Counted from the first letter of the whole stretch, positions 50,401 through 61,961 are shown. The stretch: 62,196 nucleotides of DNA, filler included, from Sphacelaria rigidula (GCA_964200075.2; 11 parts of 11 records of this genome joined end to end with filler, not necessarily neighbours in it), one strand, 5' to 3'. Notes: generated by a model from the sequence alone, not told the origin. A program made the numbers and translations.

Positions 50401-50870
50401 GAGTTCCGTTAGTGGGAGAGGTGGAGCAGCACCGCAGATCCCCGTCAGTAGTGGAGGGGTCGAAGTGCCTTCACCGTCCCCGCGAGGGGGGGGGGGGGGG
50501 GGGGGGGCGGGGTGATATACCAGAGATCCCCGTTCCAAATTGTGTCAACGGAGGGGGTGAGGCGGAGCCGGAATCATCATCATCATCTTCAACGCCGACA
50601 CCTACGCCAACGCAGACACCAGCACAGACGCCGACACCTATGCCGACGCAGACACCAGCGCAGACGCCGACACCTACGCCGATGCCGACACCTACGCCGA
50701 CGCTCACATCGGCATCGGACACTGCCTTGTCGCCCGCACTGTCACCTTCTTCCACGGGTCCCTCGCAAGGCGGCGGGCGGAGCGGCGACGCTCCTCCACT
50801 CCCGAGGACCGAACAACGCCGTCTTGCGTGGGCTGACCGGTTACCAACACCAAGGGCGGGGCGGACGAGG
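47446..50870 (+). mobile_element. Ty1/copia LTR retrotransposon, decayed (gag, protease, integrase; cut by contig end before RT)
   Basis: Gag (SPAAVWRKL...FLNALPCEY), two CCHC knuckles CHICNENTTHRARNC/CGRCGQQGHTFWDC (48647-48745), protease WIFDTGATQH (48941), pre-integrase H..HAH...C..C and integrase VFVDLSGP...VRSDDGGEF...SPQFNGVAERA (49564-50061). Integrase directly after protease is copia order. Several frameshifts. A possible LTR end plus PBS (...GGAATACA-C-TGGTGTTAC) lies at about 47361-47380. Confidence 0.93.
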
Positions 50871-50970
50871 NNNNNNNNNNNNNNNNNNNNNNNNNNNNNN
50901 NNNNNNNNNNNNNNTTAATTAATTAANNNNNNNNNNNNNNNNNNNNNNNNNNNNNNNNNNNNNNNNNNNN

Positions 50971-51490
50971 GCCACCTTCGTTCACGTCGTCCCACATTTC
51001 CCCCTCTAGCACGTCCCGTTCCTCCTTGTATAGTTCACGTTCTGCCACTATATGACTTCTGCTCTCTATTCCTTTGCCACAGAGGCAGTTCTGTCCATCT
51101 TCTTCCTCCTCCTTTCGACGACTGGTATACCTCTTTCTTCTTTCTGGCAGGTCCAGGTCCCCCACCCGAAATCGCAATTTCATATTTTAGCAGCGTCCAT
51201 TGGGCCATGCAAATATGCTTTCATCTCTATCCCCTCTCTCAACCACCCGTATATCTCCGGGTGTTCTTCCTCGTTTACCTCACGTCTGAGCGCTCCTTTT
51301 TCTCCTTATTTCTATCATATCTCTTACTTTTGCCTTGTACCCCGCTTCACCTGTAGATAGTATTTCGTCTTGGTTCCCTCCTATTCCCTTCCATATTTTC
51401 TTGACTTCTCTATCCCACCTGCACCACCTGCACCACCTGAGTCTCTCCGCATCGACACAATAACTGGACTCACAACTCACAGCGCGTCGG
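50971..51490 (-). mobile_element. LINE family A fragment (ORF2 C-terminal region)
   Basis: KLRFRVGDLDLPERRKRYTS...CLCG..ESRSHIVAE..LYKEERDVLE, homologous to about 53480-54050. Confidence 0.88.
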
Positions 51491-51764
51491 TCTTTTGCAA
51501 TCCCGGGACACCGTACCGTTGCGACCGTACCGTTGCGACCTCGGGGCTGGTGTCAGGGTCAAGCTAGGTTCTTCCGTCACCAACGGACGGTTGTCGCATC
51601 ATCGATGGTTGGTTCAAGCAACGAATACATATACAGTACTGGCCGTCACGCATGTAGAAATAAGGACAGAACAGTGATAGCATCAGATCAGCGCGAGTCT
51701 TCAAACCAACGTAGCACTGCGATCCGACAAGGAGTAATCAAACGAAATACCAAACTGCACAGTA

Positions 51765-54292
51765 GAGAAGAAAAAAAAGGGAAGATGGGAAGATGCAGTG
51801 AATGAAACAAATGGAGACTGTGATGGCGAGATGAAGGGGATATCGGGCAAACAGGCAGGAGAGACAGACAAGGGAATAGCCACACTGAGAGCACAGAACC
51901 GTGAAATGGTTAGTACTTCGAGGGGGAAGCGAGAAGTGCTAGTCGAGCACTATCGAAAAGGAGGAACACCAACAACTGACGAGGAGTTCGACGCGGAATG
52001 TCAGAAAAAAGTCAACGCGTGTGCAGAGGCGAATGTAGAGACATCAAGACGGGAGGGTAGTGACCCGAAAGATTTGCTGAGAGTTCACAGGAGAGGGAGT
52101 AAAGGGGTGCGTAGCGATACTCAAGCATAGGAAGGCAGCAGTCCACACACGATATAGTGAATACGCTTACGAGGCACGAGGAGGAGGGAATGATTACCAT
52201 GGTGGTTACGTTGTACAATTGGATCTGAGCGAACGAGTACACACCGAGGAGATGGGGAGAAGGAGTAGTAGTAAACCTTTTCAAGGAAGGCGACAAAGCT
52301 CACCCAGGGAATTATAGAGGGATAACGCTACTGAGCACCACAGGGACAGCATTATTCAAGATTTTGAACGATAGAGTGGGAAATATGCTAGGGGAGGAAG
52401 AAAAAGTCAGCGAGTGGCGAGCAGGTTTCAGACCAAGCCGTAGCTGCTTAAACCATGAGTACACATTAGGTAAGAGTATGCAAGGCAAGAAAGACGCGGG
52501 GCTACAGTAGCTAGCAACGTGCTGTTTCGCTCTGGACGTGCAGAAGGCTTTTGACAACAGTACGGAGAAATGGGCAGCAGAAAACGATGCGGGAGACTGG
52601 AATCAGACGAACTATGTGGAGAGTGGTGGAGAAGATGACATAAAGTGCGAGAAGTGCTATGATGCTGGACGGGGAAACATCGAAATATGTTGATTTTTCA
52701 CGAGGAGTTACACAACGATGTACATTGTCTTCCACGCTACTCAGGGTCTTTTTTAATGACCTGTTAGTGGTAGTAGAAGCAGCAAACCAAAGGGGCCGGA
52801 TGGGGGGAGTTACGGTTTCGGGATTGATGTTCGCGGATGATGTCGTGGGGATATCAGAAAACACCGGAAGGATTGCAGACACGGATAGATAAGGCGCTAG
52901 AATACATTAGGAGTGGAGAGTGACGGCGAATGTAAAAAAATGAGCGGTCGTTGTGTGTAACGAAGACGATGGGGACCCAGTAGAGTTCAAATGGAAGTGG
53001 GGAGAAGAGGAACTACTGACCGTAAACCAGTTTACATACCTCGGCGAGATATATCAAAAAAAGCTGTTAATGGGATGCACACATGAATGAATGAACCGTT
53101 GTGGAACCCGTTGGCGAGTTTTGTTTTCTTGAATCGGCATCATTTTCAGTCATGTTCGAGTCAAAATGACGCCGATTCACAAAAACAAGAAGCGCCAATG
53201 GGTTCCAAAAGGGTTAACTTGAAAGGGTAAGGCAGATAGGCAAGATAAACGTGATCCTCATAGACTCGCACCCCGGTATTAGGATTAGGATATGTATCCT
53301 GGTCAACGTGACTGCACCAAAGCTGGAATATGCACAAGTATGGGAAGGGAACGCGAAGTTCGTGAAGCAGCTGGAAGCAGTAATGGGGACAGCAGCAAGG
53401 AAAATCACTTGGATGCTCGAAACCGACGGGTAATACAGTATTGAGAGCAGAATTGGGAATGGTACTCACTCGGAACAATTAGACAAGAGAAAATTGAGAT
53501 GGCAACACCACGTAAGGGACATGCAGAGAAAGAGATTACCAGCCATAGTTGCTAGGGCTGTATGGAAGAGAATGACGAAAGGGCAGACTGAGATAAGGTG
53601 GGATAACGTAGTCGAGAAAAAAGTCGAAGGGCATGGGAAGAAATCAATACGAGATAAATGTCCATGGGTAGATGTGAGGGGTATGAGACTAAAAGTAAGA
53701 GGTATGAAAGAAACGAGGGGAAAAGAAGCGCTAAGACGGGAAGTAGACGAGGAGGACCAACGGAAGATATACGGCGGGTTGCGAGAAGGAATAGGGATGA
53801 AAACGTATCCGACTGGCCCAATGGACTCCGCGCAAAAGTTGAAACTGCGACTTCGGGTGGGGGACCTGGATCTGCCAGAAAGAAGAAAGAGCTCCAACAG
53901 TAGTCGGGTGAAGGGGGAAGTAGATGCACACACGATTGCCCCTGCGGCAAGGCAGTAGAGAGTAGAACTCATGTAGCGGGATATTGTGGACTTTACAAGG
54001 AGGGAACGGAACGTGCTAGAGGGGGAAATGTGGGGAAGTAAACGAAGGCGGCATGAAATAGTTTGGTACATTAGATGGCGGCAACAGATGGCGGGACAGG
54101 ACGGGGATAAGATATAAAAAATGTTTTCGTGTAATGTATACAGTAGAAAAAACGTAATGAGCACCGAAATGTTGTAGGTGTCTTCATCAGGAGTGGGAAC
54201 AATGCTCCGTCTGGGAAGAAGTGCATGGTCAACGGCCAAACGACTGTGGCGAGCAACAAATGAGTGCTTCTCCCCCCCACCCACCCACCCTC
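51765..54292 (+). mobile_element. 5'-truncated non-LTR retrotransposon (LINE family A, RTE/RTEX-like), decayed RT ORF
   Basis: RT motifs LFKEGDK..PGNYRGITLLS, AGFRP.RS, ALDVQKAFD, RGVTQ.CTLS..L and GLMFADD (FADD at 52830-52841). Followed by WQHHVRDM..KRLP, LRVGDLDLPERRK, a CxC..H..C remnant and the family A 3' end with C-rich tail. Many stops and frameshifts; no endonuclease seen. Lies antisense downstream of NAXE exon 2, probably in its intron. Confidence 0.92.
53094..53215. mobile_element. Hairpin MITE inserted in the LINE
   Basis: Imperfect inverted arms of about 50 bp: AACCGTTGTGGAACCCGTTGGCG...GAATCGGCATCATTT and AAATGACGCCGATTC...CGCCAATGGGTTCCAAAAGGGTT. Confidence 0.75.
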
Positions 54293-54532
54293 CAAGGGTT
54301 GGCGTCGGTTTGCAACGACGCCGTAAAAAACTACACTCACTGCGTAAGCTAGGCAACTAGACTACCGTTTTCTTGCTCGCTTGATTTCTTTTTGCGATGA
54401 CCATGATGGTGGTCGAGTTAGATCCTGTTGTGCGGGGTAGAGGACCTCAACTCTGCGCAAAAGGGGTGATCGTAGTAGCAGTGTTTTATGGTAAGACACT
54501 TATGAGGCAATACAACCCGTGGCTGTCTCTGG

Positions 54533-54892
54533 ACGTGGGAAAACCAGAAAATGAAGCAACTCATTCAAGGCTGTCACCCAAATGCAAGATAACCAGTACG
54601 GTTCAGGCTGGAAAATTTTAGCAGGATGCAGCTCACCCTTCATGCGACTCGCCAAACACGTCACGGCGCTTCGCACTCGGCGATTGATTGCGAGCCTGGT
54701 CCAGCAAAAACCCGGTGTGCTCCGTCCGGGCTTTGGAAGGATGCGAGGTCAATGGTCTTCTGACTACGGCATGCAAGATCATGAGTACACTCCCCCCTCC
54801 CCCCCCCCCCCGGCTCCGTCTCGAAAGGGATGCGTGGTCAATGGTCAAACGACTAAGGCAAGCAACAAATGAGTACGCCCCCCCCCCTCCCC
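54533..54892 (+). mobile_element. Head-to-tail chain: longest family B copy (about 54533-54811) plus family A tip (54812-54892)
   Basis: B ends CATGAGTACA + C-tract 54790-54811, followed immediately by GGCTCCGTCTCGAAAGGGATGCGTGGTCAATGGTCAAACGACTAAGGCAAGCAACAAATGAGTACG + C-tract. Confidence 0.88.
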
Positions 54893-55021
54893 GGCCATAT
54901 TTGGTCCTACTAAAAACAAAAACAAAAGAGGGTGTGATATAAGTTGCTTTTGTTGCATTCCATCCTTCCATGTAATGGCAAACAATGACGGCGGTGGAAG
55001 GGTTCCAGAATATGCGCTTAC

Positions 55022-55121
55022 CGCCGTTGTTTCCTGGTCCGCAGACGATGAGAATGCGGGAAGACGGAGGATACACCTTCGCCACCGCGCACGCGACGCT
55101 CAACCCCGCCAGCTCCATGAG
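55022..55121 (-). CDS. NAXE: NAD(P)H-hydrate epimerase (YjeF_N), exon
   Basis: ccgtgtag|CTC ... G|gtaagc. Translates [33 protein letters not shown](G), the hallmark YjeF_N motifs. Confidence 0.93.
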
Positions 55122-56143
55122 CTACACGGAAACATTCAGAGGAAGCGATTGAGGTCGCGCGGTTTCATGTTTTGTGCTTTTCTAGGGTTTTCTTTGGCGA
55201 GTGTTACTGCTCCTGTGTATTTACATTGGGCACCGTAGGTCATGTGACCGCGGCTGGACACGTAAGGAATCAGCTTTGGAATGGCATATGCACCTCCTAC
55301 AACTGAAACCTGTCAGCGCAGAAGATTCAGGATTCGAATTTGGGCAGATGCGGGTTTACTTCTTCTTCTTTTCTTTTCTTTTTTCTCTTTGTGGAAAAAA
55401 CATCTGATTTTCGTGATTAAAAACGTTAGGACGTGACTAGCAGAAAATAAGTTGAAGACAGTCAGACGCGGTGCGGGGCTGCTGATCCAATTGGCGGGAC
55501 TACAATACAAGGCGTGTAGCGGGGAAGAGATGGATTGATCCCTTAAGACCACGGATTCGTCCAGAGGAAGGAAAGGGGCTGAAGGTGTGACGAAAGAGAA
55601 GAGAAAAATCGTCAACCAAACGATCACACCAGTGAACGGAGTTTTTGTGGGTTGCACGCGGCAGGAAGCGCGCACGAAGGTCGGCCTAATGTTTTGACAA
55701 TAATTCCCCCATGTTCACCACATATAACTTGTTTCGAACCCAAGTGCTGCATGGCCGGGTCCGTGAAATCCAAGATTTCCGTGTGTAGGCGTTGTAAAGA
55801 AGCAACCCCGCATAACAGTTGTTTTCCATAGAATTATTCGATACCGATGACAATAGCTGGCGCGATGAGACGGTAACGGAGGATATCAAACGATTCAACA
55901 AATACGCTCACATTTCAAACCGACGACAACCCGGCCTGAAAAACGAACGCACACGTGCATGCGATACAGCTAGAGTTTTTCGTCTCCAAAGTTTCGCACA
56001 GGGTTCAGCACACAGCAAGCTGCCCCGGAAATTCAATACTCAACATAAAAGTGCCATACTAAGCTACAGTCCGCTACAGAGAGCGGCAGGTGGACATGAG
56101 CATCCGAGCGCTATCGTGTATAACGCGACACGCACGGGGTCAC

Positions 56144-56269
56144 CTGGTCGATGCTGAAGCCAGGAGTTGACATGAGGTCCGCATCCAGAGCTGCAGAGTC
56201 GGCGGCATTGAGCAAACTTATGCCGAAGCTAGGCAAAGAGGAAGTCGTTGAGTGCTCCACAGCTGCCAT
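56144..56269 (-). CDS. NAXE: NAD(P)H-hydrate epimerase, upstream exon
   Basis: MAAVEHS...LLNAADSAALDADLMSTPGFSIDQ|gtgacc joins in phase 0 to LMELAG, giving the conserved GFSxDQLMELAG. The true 5' boundary may lie further upstream. Confidence 0.88.
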
Positions 56270-56461
56270 GGCAACACCCTCCCTTCGAGGCGGATATCTG
56301 CCGCTGCCGCTGATGGTGATGCCGACGGCGGTCGAAGCATAGGATCGTGGGGGCGGGCATGATGGGATGGAGCAGTGTGTGGATGTGGGTATCAAAAGCG
56401 TGTGTGGTCGGAAGCGACGATATGGAACAAGATCATGGTATTGCAGCTGCAGTTGTGGTAC

Positions 56462-56533
56462 GGGGGATGTACTCATGATCATGCATGCCATAGTCGTAAG
56501 ACCATTGACCTCGCACCCCTACATAGCCGGTAC
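56462..56533 (-). mobile_element. Family B 3' end
   Basis: GGGGGATGTACTCATGATCATGCATGCCATAGTCGTAAGACCATTGACCTCGCA on the + strand; the contig ends inside it. Confidence 0.82.
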
Positions 56534-56769
56534 NNNNNNNNNNNNNNNNNNNNNNNNNNNNNNNNNNNNNNNNNNNNTTAATTAATTAANNNNNNNNNNN
56601 NNNNNNNNNNNNNNNNNNNNNNNNNNNNNNNNNGACGTTGGCTAGAACGAACCCAAACGTGGGGATTCCCAGCTTCTCGTTGTGCTCGGCTTATCCAATT
56701 TCGATTTACGTGAAGATTTTGCCTCCCAAAACCGTGCACGTTTTGGGGGGGGCTATCGTAAAAAGTGTC

Positions 56770-58650
56770 ATCCGAGTGCATTCGAAGCAGCTAACGCCTA
56801 CGCACGTCGACTCGCGTGCTTCGACTCGCATTCCGTCACGCGAGGTGTACAGATACTCCTTACTGCACATGTGCTTCTCGCTGAAGTTGGCCATGCCGTG
56901 GATGGATTTACGTGACGTGTATGGGAGGTAATCCACACACCCGCCGTCCTTGCAGAGGTTGCATTCGCACGTGCAAGCGGAATCGCGGGTGAGTCCTTGA
57001 TGAAGCGCAGGCCACAGGTCGTACAGGGCGATGGTAGTGAGCTTCGCCTTGTAGCAGGTGGCGCACAGGCACGATCGATTGGACTGCTCGATAACGTAGA
57101 AGGGGATCAAGTCGTCGAAGGCTTTTCGGCTGATGTTCTCCACCTGCACTGCACCCGTTTGAAACTGAGCGAGGATCCACAAATGCAGAAGAAAAAGCGT
57201 CCGTGTTTGGTGACAAACCAGAAGTAGAATAATCTTCGCTCCTTCCAACTTCACGCTCCCTCCCTGTTGTTCTGAAAGGGGACGAGCAAGCGTGTATTCC
57301 TATGTCGACACTCTTACACCAATACTGAACATGACATTCGCTGCACATCTGGGCTCGCTGGGGACCTCCTACGTGTATGACGGGCAGGAGATCGACGATT
57401 AGGACGAGATTCACATATGAAAACATTCACTAGAGCGAGATGTCATCGCCTGCCCATTGCGGGAGGTGTTAGCGTCCCGCAGTCATGGATGGGGTAGAGC
57501 ATTTGTTTCCCCGAGTCTAGTATGAACAATGATGCGATCGTCTATATTGTGGAGCAATTGCCATGGTAAGGCATAAACTCTTATGCGACGCCTGTGTGGC
57601 TCATGTTGTCTCACCGCCTCTTCCATTTCTGTCATGATGCGTCGTAGAGCTTCAGCTTCGTGCCCATCAAGTGCCGAACAGGCATACGAGAGCATAGCTC
57701 GGGTTTAACGCACACCAGCGAGTGGCCTGCGTCTGAGCGTTTGTGGTTGCCAGGTAAATAGTCGTGCTTCCATTTCACCTCACCTGGAGACCACTGGGTG
57801 TGAAATGTGACCCGTTCTTGAATCCAGGTCAGTACGTTGGGCCACGTGACCTCCAGTCGATCTGATCGCGACTTTCTGTCGGACACGCTGGGAGACGACA
57901 GCATGGCATAGGCGGATGCCGGATACGCGAGGGGGGTGGATACGCATCAGACTCTATTTTCATACACACGGGATGCTCGGCAGCCGACGCACCATCACGA
58001 CTGAGCGTTGATGAAAGTATCCCGTCTTCAGATTGGTGGATGTTGCGATGGGTGTGTCTATCCGTGGCACTTGTGGGGGGGAATACTGTTCGTATACGCA
58101 TCATCGACATCCACCTCAGTCGTCGTGACTCACATGCGGTGCGGCTCTCCGTTTTCCATGGCGTCCTCTCGCCTCCTCTTCGCGCCATAGAACGCTTCTC
58201 GGCTCAGGAGCCCTCCAATGAGCTCTTTGGCATCTGCATATGTTGTGAATTCCCCGCACATAGCGCCTAAAACGGACTTGCGGATCTGCTTTCTTCCCTC
58301 AGAGGCGACGATATCTGGCTCCGACAGTTTTGCCCAAAGTTCACGGATGCTGTCGCATATCGCGATATCACCGTTCCTCCTTTTTCTGTCATTTGCCAGG
58401 TTGGGATCAATCAGGTTCACAAACCGCGGGTGTTTCTGGAGGAGAGACCTCGTGAGCTCCCTTATCTCGTCGCATGTCGCCTGTATTCAGCCACTTCTGC
58501 TCTCCCTCTGACTCCGCAGCGTTGAGACATACGTCTGCAGCTTTGTACAGTGAGTTTTTGAGGTTCCATGCTGACGTCCTCCCCTTTACTTGAGGTCGGT
58601 CTCGCCTCACAGTCCTTGGTGATATCAAATACGTATTGAGGTGTGACATC
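56770..58650 (-). mobile_element. Decayed Sola-like (Sola2-type) transposase, N-terminal half
   Basis: Ordered motifs RKSRSDRL...W...HTQWSPG...RHLMGTK..LY (57632-57904), then ISRKAFDDLIPFYV...SCLCATC...CTCECNLC...C...CVGVSCFEC (56770-57150). This resembles the RKxRSD / FxxLxPxxV / CxC / Cys-rich pattern I recall for Sola2-like transposases. Broken by stops and frameshifts and by a MITE at 56634-56769. Confidence 0.5.
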
Positions 58651-58699
58651 CTTTAGCTTTACCATATTTCGGCCATGCGAACATATGTTTCAGCAAGCA

Positions 58700-59840
58700 A
58701 TATTCCTTATCGGCGCCTAATCTCTTACTCGAATTTGGAATGCCCTTGCCTCGCCGGCGACTGGCGATGGCTAGCCTCATATACGAAGGAGACTCCCTTC
58801 GGGATCTTTGTATTTTGATACCCATTGCGTGCCTTGCAGAAGGCAATGAAACGATGTCGGCTTAATTCTCCGTAGGGCAAGGTGATTAATCTATGGGTTA
58901 GGTTGTGTTGGCGTGTACCGTAGCAACAACGCATATTATCCTATTCGGGGGCGGCCTCTGACTTGATCAAAGATTGCCACGTTTGGATCTCCTTCGTGTA
59001 TGAGGCTCTCATGAGGCCCATCCAAGAACATAAATACTATGCTTGCTGCTTTGCCGGCGATGGGCGACGGCGAGCCTCATATACGAATGAGACTCCCTTC
59101 GAGGTTGTTATATTTTGATATCCGTTGCGTGCCTTGCAGAACGCGATGAAAAGATGTGGGCGTGGGCCTATCTCTTCATAAGGCAAGATGATTCATCGAT
59201 AGATTAGGTAACGTTGGCATGTACCGTAGCAACACAACGCGTATCCTATCGGGGGCGGCCTCTGACCTCATCAAAGATTGTCAAGTTTGGCTCTCCTTCG
59301 TGTATGAGGCTCTCATGAGGCCCATCTAAGAATATTCTTATTATGCTTGCTACTTCGCCGGCGATTGGCAACGGCGAGCTTCATATGCGAAGGAGACTCC
59401 CTTCAAGTTCTTGTTATTTTGTTATCCGTTGCGTGCCTCATTTAAGCGATGAAAAGAAGTGGTACTATACCTCCATAGGGCGAGATGATTCATGATTCAT
59501 CGATAGATTAGGTCATGTTGGCATGTACCGTAGCAATAATGCATATCCTACTCGAGAGTGGTCTCTGACTTCATCAGAGATTGCCGAGTTTGCGTTTCCT
59601 TCATGTTCGAGGCTCCCGTGAGGCCCGTCTTACAACATTAATATTGTGCTTGCTTCGTCGGCGACTGGCGATGGCGAGCCTCATATACGGAGACTCCCTT
59701 CAACGTCTATGTATTTTTATATCCGTTGTGTGCCTTGTAGGGCACGATGAAAAAATGTGGGCCTATCCCTCCATAGGACAAGATGATTCGTTGATAGATT
59801 AGGTTATGATATTGTTGGCATATACCGTGGCACCACACCG
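58700..59840. repeat. Tandem array of about 300-bp units, nearly 4 copies
   Basis: GAGACTCCCTTC recurs at 58789, 59089, 59393 and 59690, with colinear flanks (AGCCTCATATACG, TTGCGTGCCT, TACCGTAGCA, TCTGAC..ATCA.AGATTG). Confidence 0.92.
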
Positions 59841-60044
59841 CATACAGTGGGGGTCACGGTTTGAGAGAGTTCAGTTCAAGAGAATTGCTGGTTTAAGAGA
59901 GGTCGAAAAATCTTGGCACACCACTCTCTTCAACCGGACCCTGCTTTCTCTGAAACCGGACCCATTCTCTTAAACCGAACTCTCTTTTCTCTTAAACCGG
60001 ATCCACCCCCAAACCCCCCGCTCTTTTACCGTACAACACTGTAG

Positions 60045-60397
60045 TTGGTAACCTCGAAACCTTCTGACGGTTGGGTCGTGGGTTTAAATCTCGGGGTGAT
60101 CTCGCAGTGTTTCTCACACCATGCCCAACAGTGGAGAGCGACTTACGTCGTGGGTACACAAATTTTGACGTAACGGTCGACGAGGGAAAGAGACTGCTGA
60201 GCCTCTCGCGATGACAAATAGAAGGCAAGCACCGCAGAAGGAAGGTGGGAGAGTAAAAACAGAGAAGAGAGAAAAAGCTCCTGTGTTGACCTTCCCCCTG
60301 TGTGACCCCGACTCGTGCGCCCACATCAGTAGGCTTCACCACTTGGTAGTTCACGGCGTCCAGAATAGAGGGGACGACAACACGCACACACACACAC
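60045..60397 (+). mobile_element. tRNA-derived SINE with (CA)n tail and target-site duplication
   Basis: Starts within the A-box (TTGGTAACCTCGAAACCTTCTGACGG), has a B-box-like GGGTTTAAATCTC and ends in (CA)n. TSD ACACTGTAG at 60036-60044 and 60398-60406. Confidence 0.8.
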
Positions 60398-61106
60398 ACA
60401 CTGTAGCCCGCAAAACAACATCTCAGTACGTCCATCAGTTGTAAAACACAAACAGCTCCAAGCTCCGCTGGCTGCGAGCGTGGTGCCTTGCGCGGCGGGT
60501 ATTTCAGCGTTTGTCCAGCAGTATTACTGCAGAGAGGTGTAACATGAAGGAGGTGTCGTACCATCTTCGTAAGGCCAAGCTGGCCTGGATGAACGAGTTT
60601 GGGTCAAGGAAAACAAAACAAACTTGCATGGTAGACTTCATGTAGCGTTGCAGAAGCTGCCGATGAGCGCATGTCATATGTCTATTGCTGGGTAGGACGA
60701 GTGTAGGTACTTGAGTTTCACTGATGGTGAGATAATCACTTGTACAGCAGTGCAGAGTACAGTACAGTATGTGTGGATTTCTGTCTTTTTGTTGTTTGCT
60801 TCCGAGATGTGACGTGTGTGTGGCGTGCATGTGTTGGGTTGGCCGCTCCGTTCAGGTGATGTAGGGATAATTTCGATAACGCGGAATATATCGATTTCTT
60901 CGCAACAAGGGGGGATCGTGCTGGATGTGGGTCCCGTAGCGCACAAAAATATAGGGTAAACGATATGAAATGCTGTTTCAACACTTTGATTCGGCACCAC
61001 GGCACAAGCGGCCCTTCAAAGACTGTCAATGATCCATATATTCGGTTTAAGAGAGGTTTTCTTTCAAACAGACTGTTCGGTTTAAGAGAAAACCTCTCTT
61101 AAGCCT

Positions 61107-61195
61107 TAGACCGCGAGGTCAGTCTTCTGTCGAATCGGCATCAATGCTAAGTGAAAAAAGTATGCATGATCTAGAAAGACTAACCTTGCGGTCTA
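61107..61195. mobile_element. Small MITE
   Basis: 20-bp TIRs TAGACCGCGAGGTCAGTCTT and AAGACTAACCTTGCGGTCTA (2 mismatches); a related terminus lies at about 28430. Confidence 0.6.
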
Positions 61196-61438
61196 GAGTA
61201 AAGTGTCCTAGTAGGCACAGTGTCCACATTAAGCACACCACATATTAAAAGGTTACGAAATGACGCCAACATACACGGAACTCCTCAATTGTTTCAAAAC
61301 TTTGCGGCGAGACCTGTAGCTTTCGTTTGCACTCTTCAGCGCGTTTGTCAGCTGTGCCACTCGCGAGTTACAGCACCGGAAACAGCATCGTCTGGTATTT
61401 CGCGCCATTTCGAGATTTTGTCGACCTCGCTGCTAAGG

Positions 61439-61961
61439 ATGGCGCGAAACGTGCGGCAAACGGTGGACCCCAGCGTGGCCAAACAGGCCTGTGAGGCTGT
61501 CCGCAGCAAGCAGATGACAGTTCTAGGGGCCCAGAAGGCCTTCGGCATCAGCAGGAAGTCGATCCTGCGCCGCCTGAAGGGTGACTGTGCGATGGATGCT
61601 AAGGTCGGTGCTGCGACAGTTCTGAGCCAGGAAGACGAGAATTCGATCGTGGACACACTGCTGTATGCTGCCCACCATCACTTGGGGTTGACTCGGTCGG
61701 ACTTGGTTGAAGCCGTTAGACAGCTCTGCAACGACGGGCGCAACATCTCTTGGAAGGCAGACGAAGGCCCGGGGCCAAAGCGGGTCAGGGGCTTCTTCGA
61801 GAGGCACCAGCAGCTGTCGGAGCGCTCCAGCCGTACCTACGAGGCGAACAGAGTTGTGGCCAACGACGACGAACGCCTTCGATCTTTTAACAAGTCATGG
61901 GAGGACTTCACCAAAGAGCACGATATCGAAGCGGACCACCTGTGAAACACGGATGAGACAG
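61439..61961 (+). mobile_element. pogo/Fot1-like (Tc1/mariner superfamily) transposase, first exon, with nonsense mutation
   Basis: HTH_psq-like ACEAVRSKQMTVLGAQKAFGISRKSILRRL and CENP-B-type HTH VLSQEDE...GPGPKRVRGFFERHQQLSER. Then HL*NTDETG: the conserved WNxDETG with TGG>TGA at 61943-61945, followed by donor G|gtgagg. Confidence 0.88.

Noticed and set aside
50971..54292. Inverted LINE pair as a twin-priming 5' inversion
   Set aside because: The minus copy duplicates the same C-terminal region present in the plus copy and is diverged from it, so they are independent insertions.
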